From the NCBI GenBank assembly GCA_963727485.1, contig CAVSGM010000001.1, forward strand, positions 928,001 to 992,000: a DNA stretch of 64,000 nucleotides. Reading direction: 5' to 3'. This document shows, in pieces, positions 32,558 to 46,856 of this stretch. The notes under the pieces are model-generated. The model searched no databases and was not told the DNA's origin. It worked only from the letters and a program-made list of their open reading frames with translations. The number at the start of each line of letters is the position of its first letter. Position 1 is the stretch's first letter. This DNA is from an uncultured delta proteobacterium. GTDB taxonomy: Bacteria; Myxococcota; Myxococcia; SLRQ01. The position numbers and the translations under genes are program-made.

Positions 32558-33607
32558 TCACGGCCCGGTGGTGTTGCAGTCCACCGGCGGCATCGCCGCG
32601 ATCCACGCCTTGATCAGCGCCACGCCCTGGGTGTCCACGGTCTGGGTGGGCATCTCGGGCATCTTCACCTCGGGGTCGGTGGAGCTCATCCGGAACACGA
32701 TGACCGAGTGGTCCGGGTCGCCGGGCACCAGGGTGAACTGGAAGCCGCCGGTGCCACGCCCGGCGGAGTTTGGCGTCTTGCACTCGCCGGTCTGGCCGCC
32801 AAACGGCGTCTCCAGGCGCAGGTCGAGGCCGCTGGACTCGGCGGCGCCCCCGGGGCTGTGGCAGTGGGCGCAGTTGGCGTCGAGGTAGCCGCGGGCCCGG
32901 TCGTTCAGCGGGAGGCTGGTGTCGTAGGGCGGCGCCAGGGTCTCCCGCTGGTCCACGGGGGGGATGTCGCCCTTCAGGGTGCCCAGCTTCACCATGTGGT
33001 CGATCTGGTTGACCGGCCCGCTGCCGTAGTCGTTGTCCCGGTTGAGCTCGCGGGTGCGGGGCCCGAGGGGATGGAAGACGTGGTCGGTGCTGTGGCACTT
33101 GGTGCAGTCGTTGTTGTCGGGCACCCGGTAGTCGAGCTTCTGGGTCTTCCCGTCGGCGTCGATCCAGGTGGCCGGGAGCAGGTCGCCGGCGATCTCGTGG
33201 ACCGCCTGGGTCTGGGCGTCGTTCCACACGTAGGTGTTGCCCGTCCACTTGCCGCCCTGCTTGATGATCAGCCGGGTTTCCAGAAGGCGCTGGCCCTTCG
33301 CCGGGTCCCGGTAGTCCTTGAGGTAGGCGAAGGTCTTCACCAGGATGGTCCCGTCGGGCCACTTCCACTGGCCGGTGGGGTCGTAGGTGGCGTGCTGACC
33401 CTTGGGCACCTTGATGAACCGGTACTTCACCGCCTCGTCGGCGTAGAGGACCGCGTTGACCTCGTAGGGCATGACGCCGTCGGCGGGGAGCTGCTTCACC
33501 GCGTCCTTGAACAGCCCGTAGTCCGCCAGGGTGGGGTAGGGGATCTTGCCGGGTCCGCAGGCGGCGGCGAGGACGAAGAGCGACGAGAGGGCGGCGAGGC
33601 GGCGCAC
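32558..33607 (-). CDS. SO2930/HNE_0200-family diheme c-type cytochrome lipoprotein
   Basis: LYADEAVKYRF, GTILVKTF, LLETR, CTKCH, ARGYLDANCAHCH, MP. Lipobox LAAAC. Confidence 0.88.
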   Translation of the reverse strand: MRRLAALSSLFVLAAACGPGKIPYPTLADYGLFKDAVKQLPADGVMPYEVNAVLYADEAVKYRFIKVPKGQHATYDPTGQWKWPDGTILVKTFAYLKDYRDPAKGQRLLETRLIIKQGGKWTGNTYVWNDAQTQAVHEIAGDLLPATWIDADGKTQKLDYRVPDNNDCTKCHSTDHVFHPLGPRTRELNRDNDYGSGPVNQIDHMVKLGTLKGDIPPVDQRETLAPPYDTSLPLNDRARGYLDANCAHCHSPGGAAESSGLDLRLETPFGGQTGECKTPNSAGRGTGGFQFTLVPGDPDHSVIVFRMSSTDPEVKMPEMPTQTVDTQGVALIKAWIAAMPPVDCNTTGP

Positions 33608-33617
33608 GACAGGACTC

Positions 33618-34877
33618 CTAGAAGCTCACCGGCGGCAGCGACGGATGGGTGCAGGTGACCTCGGTGATGTCCGTGGTCCTCGCCGAGGTCGGCTGGCCGT
33701 AGGCGAAGTCGAGGTAGGTGGCGCCGCCGTTGTTGTGGAAGCAGTTGGTCAGGTGCCCGTCGCTGTTGTCCTTGGAGGGATCGGTGACCCCGTCCCAGAT
33801 GATGTCGGTCAGCGGCGTCGTCCCCACCAGCGCCACCGCCACGTCGGCGGGCTGGTCGCCGTTGGCGGTGAAGGTGTTGTCGTGGGTGTAGTTGCCCTCG
33901 GGATAGGGGTCGTAGCTGGGGTCGTCGTACTTGCGCCCGCTGATCTCGAAGTTCACCAGGCCGATGCCCATCGACTGGTTGCCCTTGATGGTGTTGTCGA
34001 AGATCTCGTTGTTCTTCGAGCCGAAGACCAGCATCCCCGTCCCCGACGGCACCAGGCCCACGATGTTCCCCTGGGGCGCGAAGTTTTCCCCGTTGTTGCT
34101 CTCGATGCGGTTGTGGAAGACCCGGGCCCGGCCGCTGGTCTTCACGTCGAGGTTGGGCAGGGCGAAGACCAGGACCCCCCCGGCGTTGTCGTGGCTGTAG
34201 TTGTCGTGGACGTCGGCGTCGACCGAGTTCTCCACCTCGATGCCCGCGACGTTCTCGTAGGCCTCGTTGTGGGTGATGAAGATGTGGTTCGACTGGCCCA
34301 CGTAGACCCCGGTGTCCGAGGCGCCGAAGGCGGTGCAGTGGTCGACGATGACGTTGGTGGAGAGCACCGGGTAGAGGGCGTAGCCGCCGTTGTCGGCGTT
34401 GCGGCCCCGGCGCCACCCGGCCTTCACGTACTTGAAGGTGATGTCCTTGACCTTGTCGGCGCGCAGGGCGTCGCCGGCGGTGTCGTAGACCGCCAGGTCC
34501 TCGACGGTGATGCCGTTGCCGGTGATGGCCAGGCCGTTGCCCCCGCGGACCTGGCCGGAGAAGTCGAGGAGGGTGGTCGGCTCGCCGGCGCCGTACTGCG
34601 GCGGGGACTTGGGGGCGGTGGCGCCGTCGGCCGTGTAGCCCTTCACCGTGACGTTGTCGACGGCCAGGGACACCTCGTCGGTGAACTTGAAGGTCCCCTT
34701 GTCGAAGCACACCGTGTCGCCAGGCTTGGCGTCGATGAGGGCGGCCTGGACCGTCTTCTGGTCATTGGCCCCGGGCTCGAGCACCGTGGTGCAGCCCTTG
34801 AAGGCGGGGTTTCCGCAGCCGGCGCCGGTAACCAAGAGGGCGCCGCCGAACAGGATCAGGATGCCTCGGCGAACCAT
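33618..34877 (-). CDS. Parallel beta-helix lipoprotein (usual partner of the SO2930-type cytochrome)
   Basis: NGGYALYPV, GASDTGVYVGQS, NVAGIEVENS, NFAPQGNIVG, YDPYP. Confidence 0.88.
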   Translation of the reverse strand: MVRRGILILFGGALLVTGAGCGNPAFKGCTTVLEPGANDQKTVQAALIDAKPGDTVCFDKGTFKFTDEVSLAVDNVTVKGYTADGATAPKSPPQYGAGEPTTLLDFSGQVRGGNGLAITGNGITVEDLAVYDTAGDALRADKVKDITFKYVKAGWRRGRNADNGGYALYPVLSTNVIVDHCTAFGASDTGVYVGQSNHIFITHNEAYENVAGIEVENSVDADVHDNYSHDNAGGVLVFALPNLDVKTSGRARVFHNRIESNNGENFAPQGNIVGLVPSGTGMLVFGSKNNEIFDNTIKGNQSMGIGLVNFEISGRKYDDPSYDPYPEGNYTHDNTFTANGDQPADVAVALVGTTPLTDIIWDGVTDPSKDNSDGHLTNCFHNNGGATYLDFAYGQPTSARTTDITEVTCTHPSLPPVSF

Positions 34878-35033
34878 GGACGTGTCTCCTCCCTAGAAGG
34901 CGCGCCCCCCTGGGCCCGCGTGCGGGCGAAAGTATTGCACACGGATTCTGATCCAGGCCAGGGAACCGATGGCCCGCCCCCCGGTCGGGGGACCATTGGA
35001 AGTCCGGGGCGGCCGGCCCTATACCTGTGGCCC

Positions 35034-36239
35034 ATGAGCCGATGGCTTTCCTTTGGGATCTTCCTCGCCGTGGCCCTCGGCCTCATCGGCGCCTGGCACT
35101 GGTACCTGTGGCTGCGGCTGGTGCGCGACCCGGGCTGGGGGCCCTGGCCCACGCGCCTGCTCACGATGGGCATCATCGCCCTGGCGCTGCTCCTGCCGCT
35201 GGGCCTCATCGGCGGGCGCCTCCTGCCGCCGAGCCTGGCCCGGCCGCTCGGCTACCTCTCGTATGGGTGGATGGGCCTCGGCTTCGTGCTCCTGGTGCTG
35301 GTCGCCGGCGCCGACGTCCTCCGGCTCCTGGGCTTCGGCGCCGAGCGGGTGTGGGCGGCGGTCTCGGGTCCCGAGCGGGGCCTCGTCGATCCCGGGCGGC
35401 GGCTCTTCTTCTCCCGTTCGTTGGCGGTGGTCGCCGGGGTCGGCGGGGGGCTCACCTCGGTGGCCGGTGTCTACAGCGCCTTCGACGGAGTGCGCCTCCC
35501 CGAGGTGCCGGTGAAGCTCCCGCGCCTCCCCGCCGCCCTCGAGGGCTTCACCCTGGCCCAGCTCTCGGACATCCACGTGGGCCCGGTCATCGGCCAGGGC
35601 TTCCTCGACGACATGATCGAGAAGACCAACGCGCTGAAGGCCGACGCCATCGTCATCACCGGCGACCTGGTCGACGGCAGCGTCAGCCACCTCAAGCACA
35701 TTGTCGCCGACCTCCGCCGCCTCGAGGCCCCCCACGGCGTCTTCTTCGTCACCGGAAACCACGAGTACTACTCCGGCGCCGACGAATGGTGCGCCTACCT
35801 CGAGTCCATCGGCATCCAGGTCCTCGACAACGCCTACGTGCCCGTCGGCGACACCGGACCCGGGGGCGCCACCTTCGACCTCGCCGGCATCCCCGACCCC
35901 ACCGCCCGGCGGGTCCTCGGCCCCACCCGCGCCCCGGACCTCGCCCGGGCGCTGACGGGTCGCGACCCCGACCGGGAGCTGGTGCTCCTCGCCCACCAGC
36001 CCAAGCAGATCGACATGGCCGTCCCCCAGGGCGTGGGCCTCCAGCTCTCGGGCCACACCCACGGGGGGCAGATCTGGCCCTTCGGGGCGCTGGTGGCCCT
36101 GGACCAGCCGTGGATCGCCGGGCACCACCGCCGGGGCGACACCCAGATCTACGTGAGCCGGGGGACGGGGTTCTGGGGTCCGCCGATGCGCGTGGGGGCG
36201 CCGGCGGAGATCGCGAAGATCGTGCTCACCCGCGGGTGA
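35034..36239 (+). CDS. Membrane-anchored metallophosphoesterase (YkuE/YaeI-like)
   Basis: N-terminal TM helices, SDIH, TGDLVD, GNHE, LAHQP, SGHTHGGQ, GFWGPPMR. Confidence 0.92.
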   Translation: MSRWLSFGIFLAVALGLIGAWHWYLWLRLVRDPGWGPWPTRLLTMGIIALALLLPLGLIGGRLLPPSLARPLGYLSYGWMGLGFVLLVLVAGADVLRLLGFGAERVWAAVSGPERGLVDPGRRLFFSRSLAVVAGVGGGLTSVAGVYSAFDGVRLPEVPVKLPRLPAALEGFTLAQLSDIHVGPVIGQGFLDDMIEKTNALKADAIVITGDLVDGSVSHLKHIVADLRRLEAPHGVFFVTGNHEYYSGADEWCAYLESIGIQVLDNAYVPVGDTGPGGATFDLAGIPDPTARRVLGPTRAPDLARALTGRDPDRELVLLAHQPKQIDMAVPQGVGLQLSGHTHGGQIWPFGALVALDQPWIAGHHRRGDTQIYVSRGTGFWGPPMRVGAPAEIAKIVLTRG

Positions 36240-36477
36240 GGGCGCCGGCCGGCGGAGATCCGGACGGCGCCTCCGTGGGGCGGGCAGGTTGATCCGGCGG
36301 ACATTCGGCTGCCGAGCCGGTCGCCGGCCCCCGCGTCGGCCGCCGGCGGGCGTGCCCGTGCCGTGATGCAGGCCCCGAGTGGCCCTGAGCCGTTGGAGGC
36401 AGGCCGGCCCCGCGCCACATGGCGCCGGCATCACGCCCGGTTCACGCCCGCCAGCAGTCGCCCGCCCCCCGGCCGGG

Positions 36478-37565
36478 TCACGATCCGCCGTCGGCGTCCA
36501 CCATCCCCGACGGCCCGGCCGCCCCGCCCATCCCCGGCGGCGCGCCAGCCCCAGACGCCCCGCCCGTGCCCACCGGCGGCGGCCCCGCCGGCGCCTCGAA
36601 GATCCTCCGCACCGGCGGCGGGACCTGGCCCTTCTGGGCCTTGGTGAGCCCATCGTAGACCTTCCGCCCCTCGACCCCGCGCCCGGCCTCGGCGAGCGCC
36701 AGCGCATACCGCCACTGGAAGGCGACCACCTGGGGATAGCGCTTCACCAGCGGCGCGAAGCGCTGGATCGACGCCTCGAAGTGGTGGTCCGCCAGGGCCT
36801 GGGTCGCCTCGTAGGCCTGCCACCCGGGGGACCACACGGGCCGCCAGGCGGCCAGGCCAAGCGCGAAGGCGAAGGCCACGAAGCCCGCGGTGGCGAGCCC
36901 GCGCCGGACGCCCCGGGAGGCGGCGACGGCGCCGATGAGCAGCCCGGTGACGGCGCCGAGCCCGTGGGCCCAGTTGGCCACCGGGAGGATGTCGAGCTTG
37001 GTGAGCACCACCGCGAAGAGGCCCCAGCCGGCGAGGATCACCGCGAAGGTCTTGGAGAAGAGCTGGCCGAAGGGCCCGCCGAGGGGTCGCAGCGCCAGGA
37101 ACCCGAAGAAGAACACCCCGTAGACCGCGCCGGAGAGCCCGATGGCCCCGGTCATCCCCAGGCCCGGGGCGATCATCTGCCCCAGGCTCCCGGCGACCCC
37201 GGTGACCAGCATCAGGGCCAGGAGCCGGGCGGTGCCGTAGCGCACCTCGATGAGGGCCCCGAGGTTCCACCACAGGGCCACGTTGAAGGCCACGTGGAAG
37301 AAGCTCCCGTGGAGGAAGACCGAGGTGATGAGCCGCCACCACTGCCCCTGCCACACCTGCATGGGGACCATGGCCCCGGCGTCGACGATCGCCGGATGCT
37401 GGGAGCTGTAGAGCCACAGGCCCCCGCAGAGGACGGTGATCGCCACCGTCCCCGGGGCCCACTTCCACCGCGGGGGCATCCGGCGCACCGGCTGGGACCC
37501 CTGGGGCGGAGCGCCGTCGGGGCCACGGGGTGCCTCGGGGGGCGTCTGGTCTTCGGGTCCGGGCA

Positions 37566-37566
<1 letters not shown>
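36478..37566 (-). CDS. Rhomboid family intramembrane serine protease with TPR-like C-terminus
   Basis: WWRLITSVFLH..HVAFN, GLSGAVYG, WAHGLG. Start overlaps the M1 peptidase stop. Confidence 0.88.
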
Positions 37567-40343
<2,777 letters not shown>

Positions 40344-40491
40344 GGGAGCCTCCCGGGCAGGGGCGGACGGAGTGCCGCGACGACCTACTACGGCTGGCCC
40401 GCGGCCCGCATTTCACGGGTCGCGCCAACTTGCCTCCAGGCCGGACCCGGGGCAACCCCCGTGGTGGCCCGGCGCCGGCGCAGGCCCTGTC

Positions 40492-43054
40492 TCAGCCGCC
40501 GGCGCCGAGGCGCTCCAGGAACCCGGTCACCGACGCGTGCCCGGCCTCGCGCAGGGCGATGACATGGTTCGCCCGCTCCACTCCCTGGCGGATGGCCCGG
40601 TCGCCCCCGGGGACGGCCTTGCCGTCGAGGAACGCCCGCGCCGCGTCCCGGCCCTCGGGGGTGCGGAAGGCGCCGACGATGGTGCCGATGTGCACGAAGG
40701 TGAACTCGGGCTGCCGGCTGCGCACCGTGTCGAAGTGGGCCTGGAACCAGGCGAAGGTCTGGTCCCGGGTCTCCGGACGGGCCAGCCCGCTGCGGAACAC
40801 GTAGTAGAAGTCCTGGGCGCGCACCGCGTCGGTGAGGGTGAGCGCCAGGGCCGCGTCGAGGGGCTCGCCGACCGGGAGCAGGCCCAGGGCCCGGAGGGCC
40901 GCGAGGCGCTGCTCGGGGTCGGTGGCCCGGGCGAGGTGGGCCTCGAGGGTCTCGAAGGGCACCTGCCCGGCCCGGGCGGCCACCGCGAGGCAGGCGGCGG
41001 CGAGCTCCGAGGGGACGGACCCGGGGCGCGCCAGCTCGGCCTCGGCCCGGGCGAAGGCCAGCTCGCGGACCTTGGGATTGGCGGCGTGCTCGCCCAGCGC
41101 CCGCACCAGGGCCGGGCGGACGATGGTGTCGTCCTCGTCCTCGCCCTCGGCGGGATCGAAGCCCACCCGCTCCAGGTGCCCGGCGAGGACCCGCTCGGCG
41201 AGCGCCGCGAAGCCCGCGGTGCCCCGGACCTCCTCCCAGACGTCGGCGACGCGTCCGAGGCCCGCCACCAGCTCCTCGACCAGGGGCCGGGCGGTGGCCG
41301 CGCGGCTCTCCAGGAGCACCCGGAGGTAGGCGTCGGGGCCCCGGCGCCCGGCGGCGACCATGGCCCAGGCGTTGTCCAGGACCCCGAGGCGGCTGCGCAC
41401 GTCGAGGGCGTCCCCGGCGCCGGCGAGCGCCGCCAGGGCGTCCTCCGGGAGGTCCCAGCGGTAGTAGGACCACTCGCCGAGGTTGGGGTGGAGGGGGCCG
41501 CCCTGGGCGGGCACGGTCAGCGGCGTGTCCTCCAGGATCGCCCACGGCGCGTCGCCGCTCCCGGCGCGCACCGGGATCTTCCACCTCGCCCCCTCGGCGC
41601 TCGGGGGCTCGAGGCCCAGGAGCCCAAAGGGCGACTGGGTGAGCACCGCCTCGTCGCCCGAGGGCGCGACCGTCACCAGGGGCACCCCGGGCTGGTCGAG
41701 GAAGGCGTGGGCGACCCCGCTGACGTCCTGGCCGCTCTCCTGATCGAGGTGGGCGAAGAGGTCGGCGGCCGTGGCGTTCCCCCACTCGTGGGCCTTGAGG
41801 TAGGCGCGCACCCCGGCCTGGAAGGCGTCCTCGCCGATCCACCGCTCGATCATGGTGAGGAACGCCGCGCCCTTGAAGTAGGTGAGGTCGTCGAAGGCCT
41901 GCTCCGCCTCGCCCACGCTGGAGACCTCCTGGCGCACCTTGCGCGCCGCCGGGAGGCTGTCGGTGGCCATGGTCCGGGTGCGGATTCTGGAGCAGCTCCA
42001 TGCGCTGGTCGAACTTCGGCCGCCACAGGTCACAGGCCTTGGCCGCCATCCAGGTGGCGAACGCCTCGTTGAGCCACAGGTCCTCCCACCACCACATGGT
42101 CACCAGGTTGCCGAACCAGTGGTGGGCGATCTCGTGGGCCATCACCTCGGCGATGGACCGCTCGCGCGCCCGGGTGAGGGTCTTCTCGTCGGCGAGGAGG
42201 AGCTCCTCGCGGAAGGTGATGAGCCCGGCGTTCTCCATGGCCCCGGCGCCGAACTCGGGGACCGCCACCACGTCGAGCTTGGGGTAGGGGTAGGGCAGGC
42301 CGAACCAGTCCTCGAGGGTGGAGAGGATGCCGGGGATGAACGAGAGGGCCGTCCCCACCAGGCGCCCCTTGCCCTTGGGGGTGATGGCGCGGATGGGCAC
42401 CCGGGTGTCCTCGGCGCAGCGCACCACGTCGAAGGGGCCCACGGCGAAGGCCACCAGGTAGGTGGGCAGGGGCCGCGTGCCCTCGAAGCGCACGGTGGTG
42501 TGGCCGCCGGTGGTGTCGCGGGCGACCTCGGGGGTGTTGGCCAGGGCCTCCATGCCCTCGGGGACCAGGAGGGTCACCTCGTAGGGCACCTTGAACCCGG
42601 GCTCGTCGAAGCAGGGGAAGCACTTGCGGGCGTCGGCGGCCTCGAACTGGGTGAAGGCGTACCAGGTGCCGCCGTCCTTCACCCGGTAGAGGCCGGCGAG
42701 CTGGGCGTCGAAGGGGGCCTCGAAGGCGAGGTAGAGCTCGCACACCCCCTTGGGGAGCGCCTCGGGGAAGGCGAGGACGATCTCGCCGTAGCCGGGCTCG
42801 GCGCCTTGGCCCTCGGCGGCGGCGACGGTGGCCGGGTGGACCGAGCCGTCCTCGAGGCGGGCCTCGGCCCGGGCGATCTCCGGCCCGCGGGCGTGGAGGT
42901 GGACGCGGTCGGTCTCCACCGCCACCTCGAGGCGGATGGTGACCTCGCCGGAGAACCGCGGCTGGCGCGGGTCGACCTCGAGGACGAGGTCGTAGGCGAG
43001 GGGCGCGACGGTGCGCGGGAGGTGTCCGGGGATGCGGTCGGGCGTGGTGTCCAT
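40492..43054 (-). CDS. M1 aminopeptidase without signal peptide (frameshift ~41986)
   Basis: FTQFE..DARKCFPCFDEP, GAMEN, HEIAHHWFG...WLNE. The C-terminal half is in ORF 40492..42033. Confidence 0.9.
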
Positions 43055-43171
43055 GGGAGGGGCACCCTGCGACGCCGCGGGCCGTCTGGCAAGGATCCGG
43101 TGACCGGTTGCTCGCAACCGGGCCGAGGACGCATATACTTCGCCGACCGGGTGAGGAGTGGGATTCCCCCT

Positions 43172-45809
43172 ATGTTCGAAGGCAGCGGCCACATGCAGCA
43201 TCGCCCGGAGCCCTCCAAGGGCCGCCGTCGGCTGGGCTCCCTCCGGGTCCGGCTGGCGGTCCTGGCCCTGGTGGCCGCGGTCCCCGGGGTCCTGGTGATG
43301 TCCTATGCGGTCACCCGGCAGCGGGCGGTCCTCGCCGACGCCGCCCGCCACGACGCCCTGCAGCTCTCCGAGCTCGCCGCCCGGAACCACGCCGAGGCCC
43401 TCGCCGGCGCCCGGGGCCTGCTCGTCGGCCTCGCCCACCTCCAGGTGATGCACCAGCCCGGGAGCCCGGTCTGCCACCGGTTCCTCGCCCAGCTCCTCAA
43501 GCACGATCACGTCTACCTGAACCTCGGCGTCATCCTCGACGGCAAGGTGGTCTGCAGCGGCCTGCCCCTCAAGGGGCCGGTGGACGTCTCCGATCGCAGC
43601 TACGTCAAGCGGGCCCTGGCGTCGGGGGCCTTCGCGGTGGGGGACTACCAGGTCGGGCGGATCTCGGGGCTGCCCGGGGTGGTCGCGGCGGTGCCCATCG
43701 ACCCCCGTCGTCGCCAGTCGAGCGCCCTGATCTTCGCCGCCCTGGGGATGGCGCCGCTGTCGAACCTCGCGGCCCGCACCGGGATGCCCCCGGGGACGGC
43801 GGTCACCCTGGTGGACGACCGGGGGGTGGTGATCGCCCGGCGGCCCGAGCCGGAGAAGTGGGTGGGCAACAACGTGTCCAAGGTCCCGGTGATCGCCACC
43901 GCCCTGGCCCAGCGTCGCGGCTGGGTCGAGGGCCGCCGCCTCGACGGGAGCCGGGGCATCGTCGCCTTCACCCCGGTGGACGAGGCGATCGGTGGGGCCT
44001 CGCCGGCGGTGGCCCTGGTGGGGGTGCCCCTCTCGGAGGTCTACGGGCCGGCGGACACCACCTTCCACATCGGCCTCGCCCTGATGGCGGTCGCCGCCCT
44101 CCTCTTGCTCCTCGGCGGCTGGGCGGTGGCCGAGGCGATGCTGGTCCGGCCCCTCACGGCCCTGGTCGGGGTCACCCAGCGCCTCTCCGGCGGCGACCTC
44201 TCGGCCCGCTCCGGACCCCGTCGCTTCCCTGGGGAGCTGGGGCAGCTCGCCGCCTCCGTGGACCAGATGGCCGAGGGGCTCTCGAGCCTGACCCGCGAGA
44301 ACAGCCTGCTCCTCGCCTCGGCGGAGGAGGGCATCGTGGGCCTCGACCCCGAGGGACGGGTGACCCTGGCGAACCCCGCCGCCGCCGAGATCCTCGGGCG
44401 GTCCCTCGAGGACCTGGTGGGCGCGCGCTTCCATGCGCTGGTCCACGAGGGCACCATCGGCGACGCCCCCCACGCCGCCGCCGACTGCCCGCTCCTCCGG
44501 CCCCTGGACCAGGGGCGGCCCCTGCGCCAGGCCGACGGGCGCTTCCACCGCGCCGACGGCACCCCGGTCCCGGTGGCCTGGACCGCCAGCCCCATCCGCG
44601 ACGGGGCGCAGGTCACCGGCGTCGCCGTGTTCTTCTCCGACGAGAGCGGCCGCCGGGACCTCGAGGGCCAGCTCCGCCAGGCCCAGAAGCTCGAGGCGGT
44701 GGGCCAGCTCGCCGGGGGCGTGGCCCACGACTTCAACAACCTGCTCACCGCCATCCTCACCTGCGCCACCCTGGTCAAGCAGCGCCTCCCCGAGGCCGAC
44801 GAGAACCAGGAGGACCTCGACGCCATCCTCCGCTCCACCGACCGGGCCTCGGGCCTCACCCGCCAGCTGCTGGCCTTCAGCCGCCGGGACGTGGTGAGCC
44901 CGAGGGTGCTGGTGGTCCCCGAGGTGGTCAGCGGCCTGGAGCGGATGCTCTCCCGGGTCCTCCCGGCGAACATCACCCTCGCCACCGAGGTCGCCGCCAC
45001 CGCCGGCCGGGTGCGCATGGACGAGACCCACCTCGAGCAGAATCCTCCTCAACCTCGCGGTCAACGCCCGGGACGCCATGCCCGGCGGGGGGACCCTGCG
45101 GATCTCGGTGGCGGCCTTCGAGGGGACGCCGGGGGGCCACCTCGGCGCGGCCGAGGGGCGCTACGTCCGCCTCACCGTCGCCGACGAGGGCACGGGCATC
45201 GACGCCGAGACGGTCAGCCGCATCTTCGATCCCTTCTTCACCACCAAGCCGGTGGGCAAGGGCACGGGCCTGGGGCTGTCGACGGTCCTGGGGATCATGC
45301 AGCAGATCCACGGCGACATCGTGGTCGAGACCCGGGAGGGCGTGGGCACCGCCTTCCACGTCTTCCTGCCCGCCACCGGGGACAAGGGCCTGGTCGCCGC
45401 GGCCGTCGACCGGTCCACCCGGGCCGGGGTGGGCACCGAGTCGGTGCTCCTGGTCGAGGACGACGCCGCGGTGCGCCCGGCGGTGCAGCGGGGCCTCGAG
45501 GCCTACGGCTACCGGGTCATCGCCGCCCCCGACGGCGAGACCGCCCTCGCCATCCTCCGCGCGCCCCCGGAGCCCCTCCACGTGCTGGTCACCGACCTGG
45601 TCCTCCCGGGCCTCGGCGGCGACGAGCTCGCCGAGCTGGCGGCGGAGACGGACCCCGCGCTCCGGGTGATCTTCGTCTCGGGCTACGCCGCCTCGGAGAC
45701 CTCCCGGCAGGTGGTCTTCGCCGGGGCGCCGTTCCTCCACAAGCCGTTCACCGTGGAGGCCCTGGCCCGGCGGATCCGCGAGGTCCTCGACGACGCGGCG
45801 GCGGCGTAG
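43172..45809 (+). CDS. Hybrid sensor histidine kinase (Cache-HAMP-PAS-HisKA-HATPase-REC; frameshift ~45042)
   Basis: TM-Cache-TM, GELGQLA HAMP, PAS, LAGGVAHDFNNLL, FFTTK..GTGLGL, LLVEDD..TDLVLP..KPF. Start may be 43193. Confidence 0.9.
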
Positions 45810-45888
45810 CGTCCCGGCCGCGGAGGGCACCGACGGGCGTGCCTCGCGCGTTGCTCCCACGGGTCCGGCCCGGCTATGGTGGGAGACG

Positions 45889-46839
45889 ATGCCCTACGAA
45901 ACCCGGCTGGTCCGTCTCGCACTGATCCTGGCTTTCGCGGCGTCGTCGGGGATCCCCGGCGTCGCCCTCGCCGGCGGCGCCGCGCCGTCGTTCGGAAGGC
46001 AGGCACCGGCCGCGGCGCCCACGGCCCCCAAGAAGGTCGCGGTGATGGCGGTGCACACCACGGGCATCGAGAAGGGCGTGGGCTCGACGCTCACCGAGAT
46101 CCTCAACTCGGAGGTGGCCTCGGTGAGCCACCTGCAGGTCATCGGCTCCAGCGACATCAAGAGCCTGCTGGGCTTCCAGGCCCAGAAGCAGATGGTGGGC
46201 TGCACCGACGACTCGGCGTGCCTGGCCCAGATCGGTGGCGCCCTGGGCGTGGACCTGCTGGTCACCGCGCAGGTGGGCAAGGTGGGCAAGACCTACGTGG
46301 TGAGCGTGAAGCTCCTGCGGATCGACGAGTCGAAGGTCGAGGGGCGGACGTATGAGACGGTGAGGGGCGCCCTCGACGACGTGATCGGTCGGCTGAAGGC
46401 GGCGGTGCACACGGTGTTCGCCCAGGCGGGGTACCTGAACAAGCCGGCGGATGGGATCGCGGTGCAGATGAAGCCGCCGGCGCCCGAAGGGGCGGGCGGT
46501 GGCTGGCACGTCCCGGGGACGAGCTGGGGGCTGTGGGCGGGCGGCGCCCTCCTGGTGGTCGTCGGGGGCTTCATGGGCCTCCAGGCGAACCAGAGCTTCA
46601 AGCACGCCACCGACGCCAACTATCCCGGGGCGCAGAAGGATGCGGCGAGCGGAGCGCAGAGCCAGCTCTTCGCCAACCTGGGCTTCGGCGTCGGGGGGGC
46701 GGCGCTGGCGGCGGGGACGGTGATGCTCTTTGTCGACCACGGGGGCGCGGCGCCGGCGGACGGCGACACATTCATGACCTCGGTGACGCCGGTGGCCGGC
46801 CCCGGCGGCTTCGGCGCCGTGGCCACGGTGAGGTTCTAG
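45889..46839 (+). CDS. Secreted protein with CsgG/TolB-N-like domain, hydrophobic hairpin and C-terminal beta signal
   Basis: Signal peptide; KVAV...LLGFQAQKQMVGCTDDSACLAQIGGALGV; two Gly-rich hydrophobic segments; ends GFGAVATVRF. The fold assignment is inference. Confidence 0.65.
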   Translation: MPYETRLVRLALILAFAASSGIPGVALAGGAAPSFGRQAPAAAPTAPKKVAVMAVHTTGIEKGVGSTLTEILNSEVASVSHLQVIGSSDIKSLLGFQAQKQMVGCTDDSACLAQIGGALGVDLLVTAQVGKVGKTYVVSVKLLRIDESKVEGRTYETVRGALDDVIGRLKAAVHTVFAQAGYLNKPADGIAVQMKPPAPEGAGGGWHVPGTSWGLWAGGALLVVVGGFMGLQANQSFKHATDANYPGAQKDAASGAQSQLFANLGFGVGGAALAAGTVMLFVDHGGAAPADGDTFMTSVTPVAGPGGFGAVATVRF

Positions 46840-46856
46840 CGGTGAGGGGCACGGTG

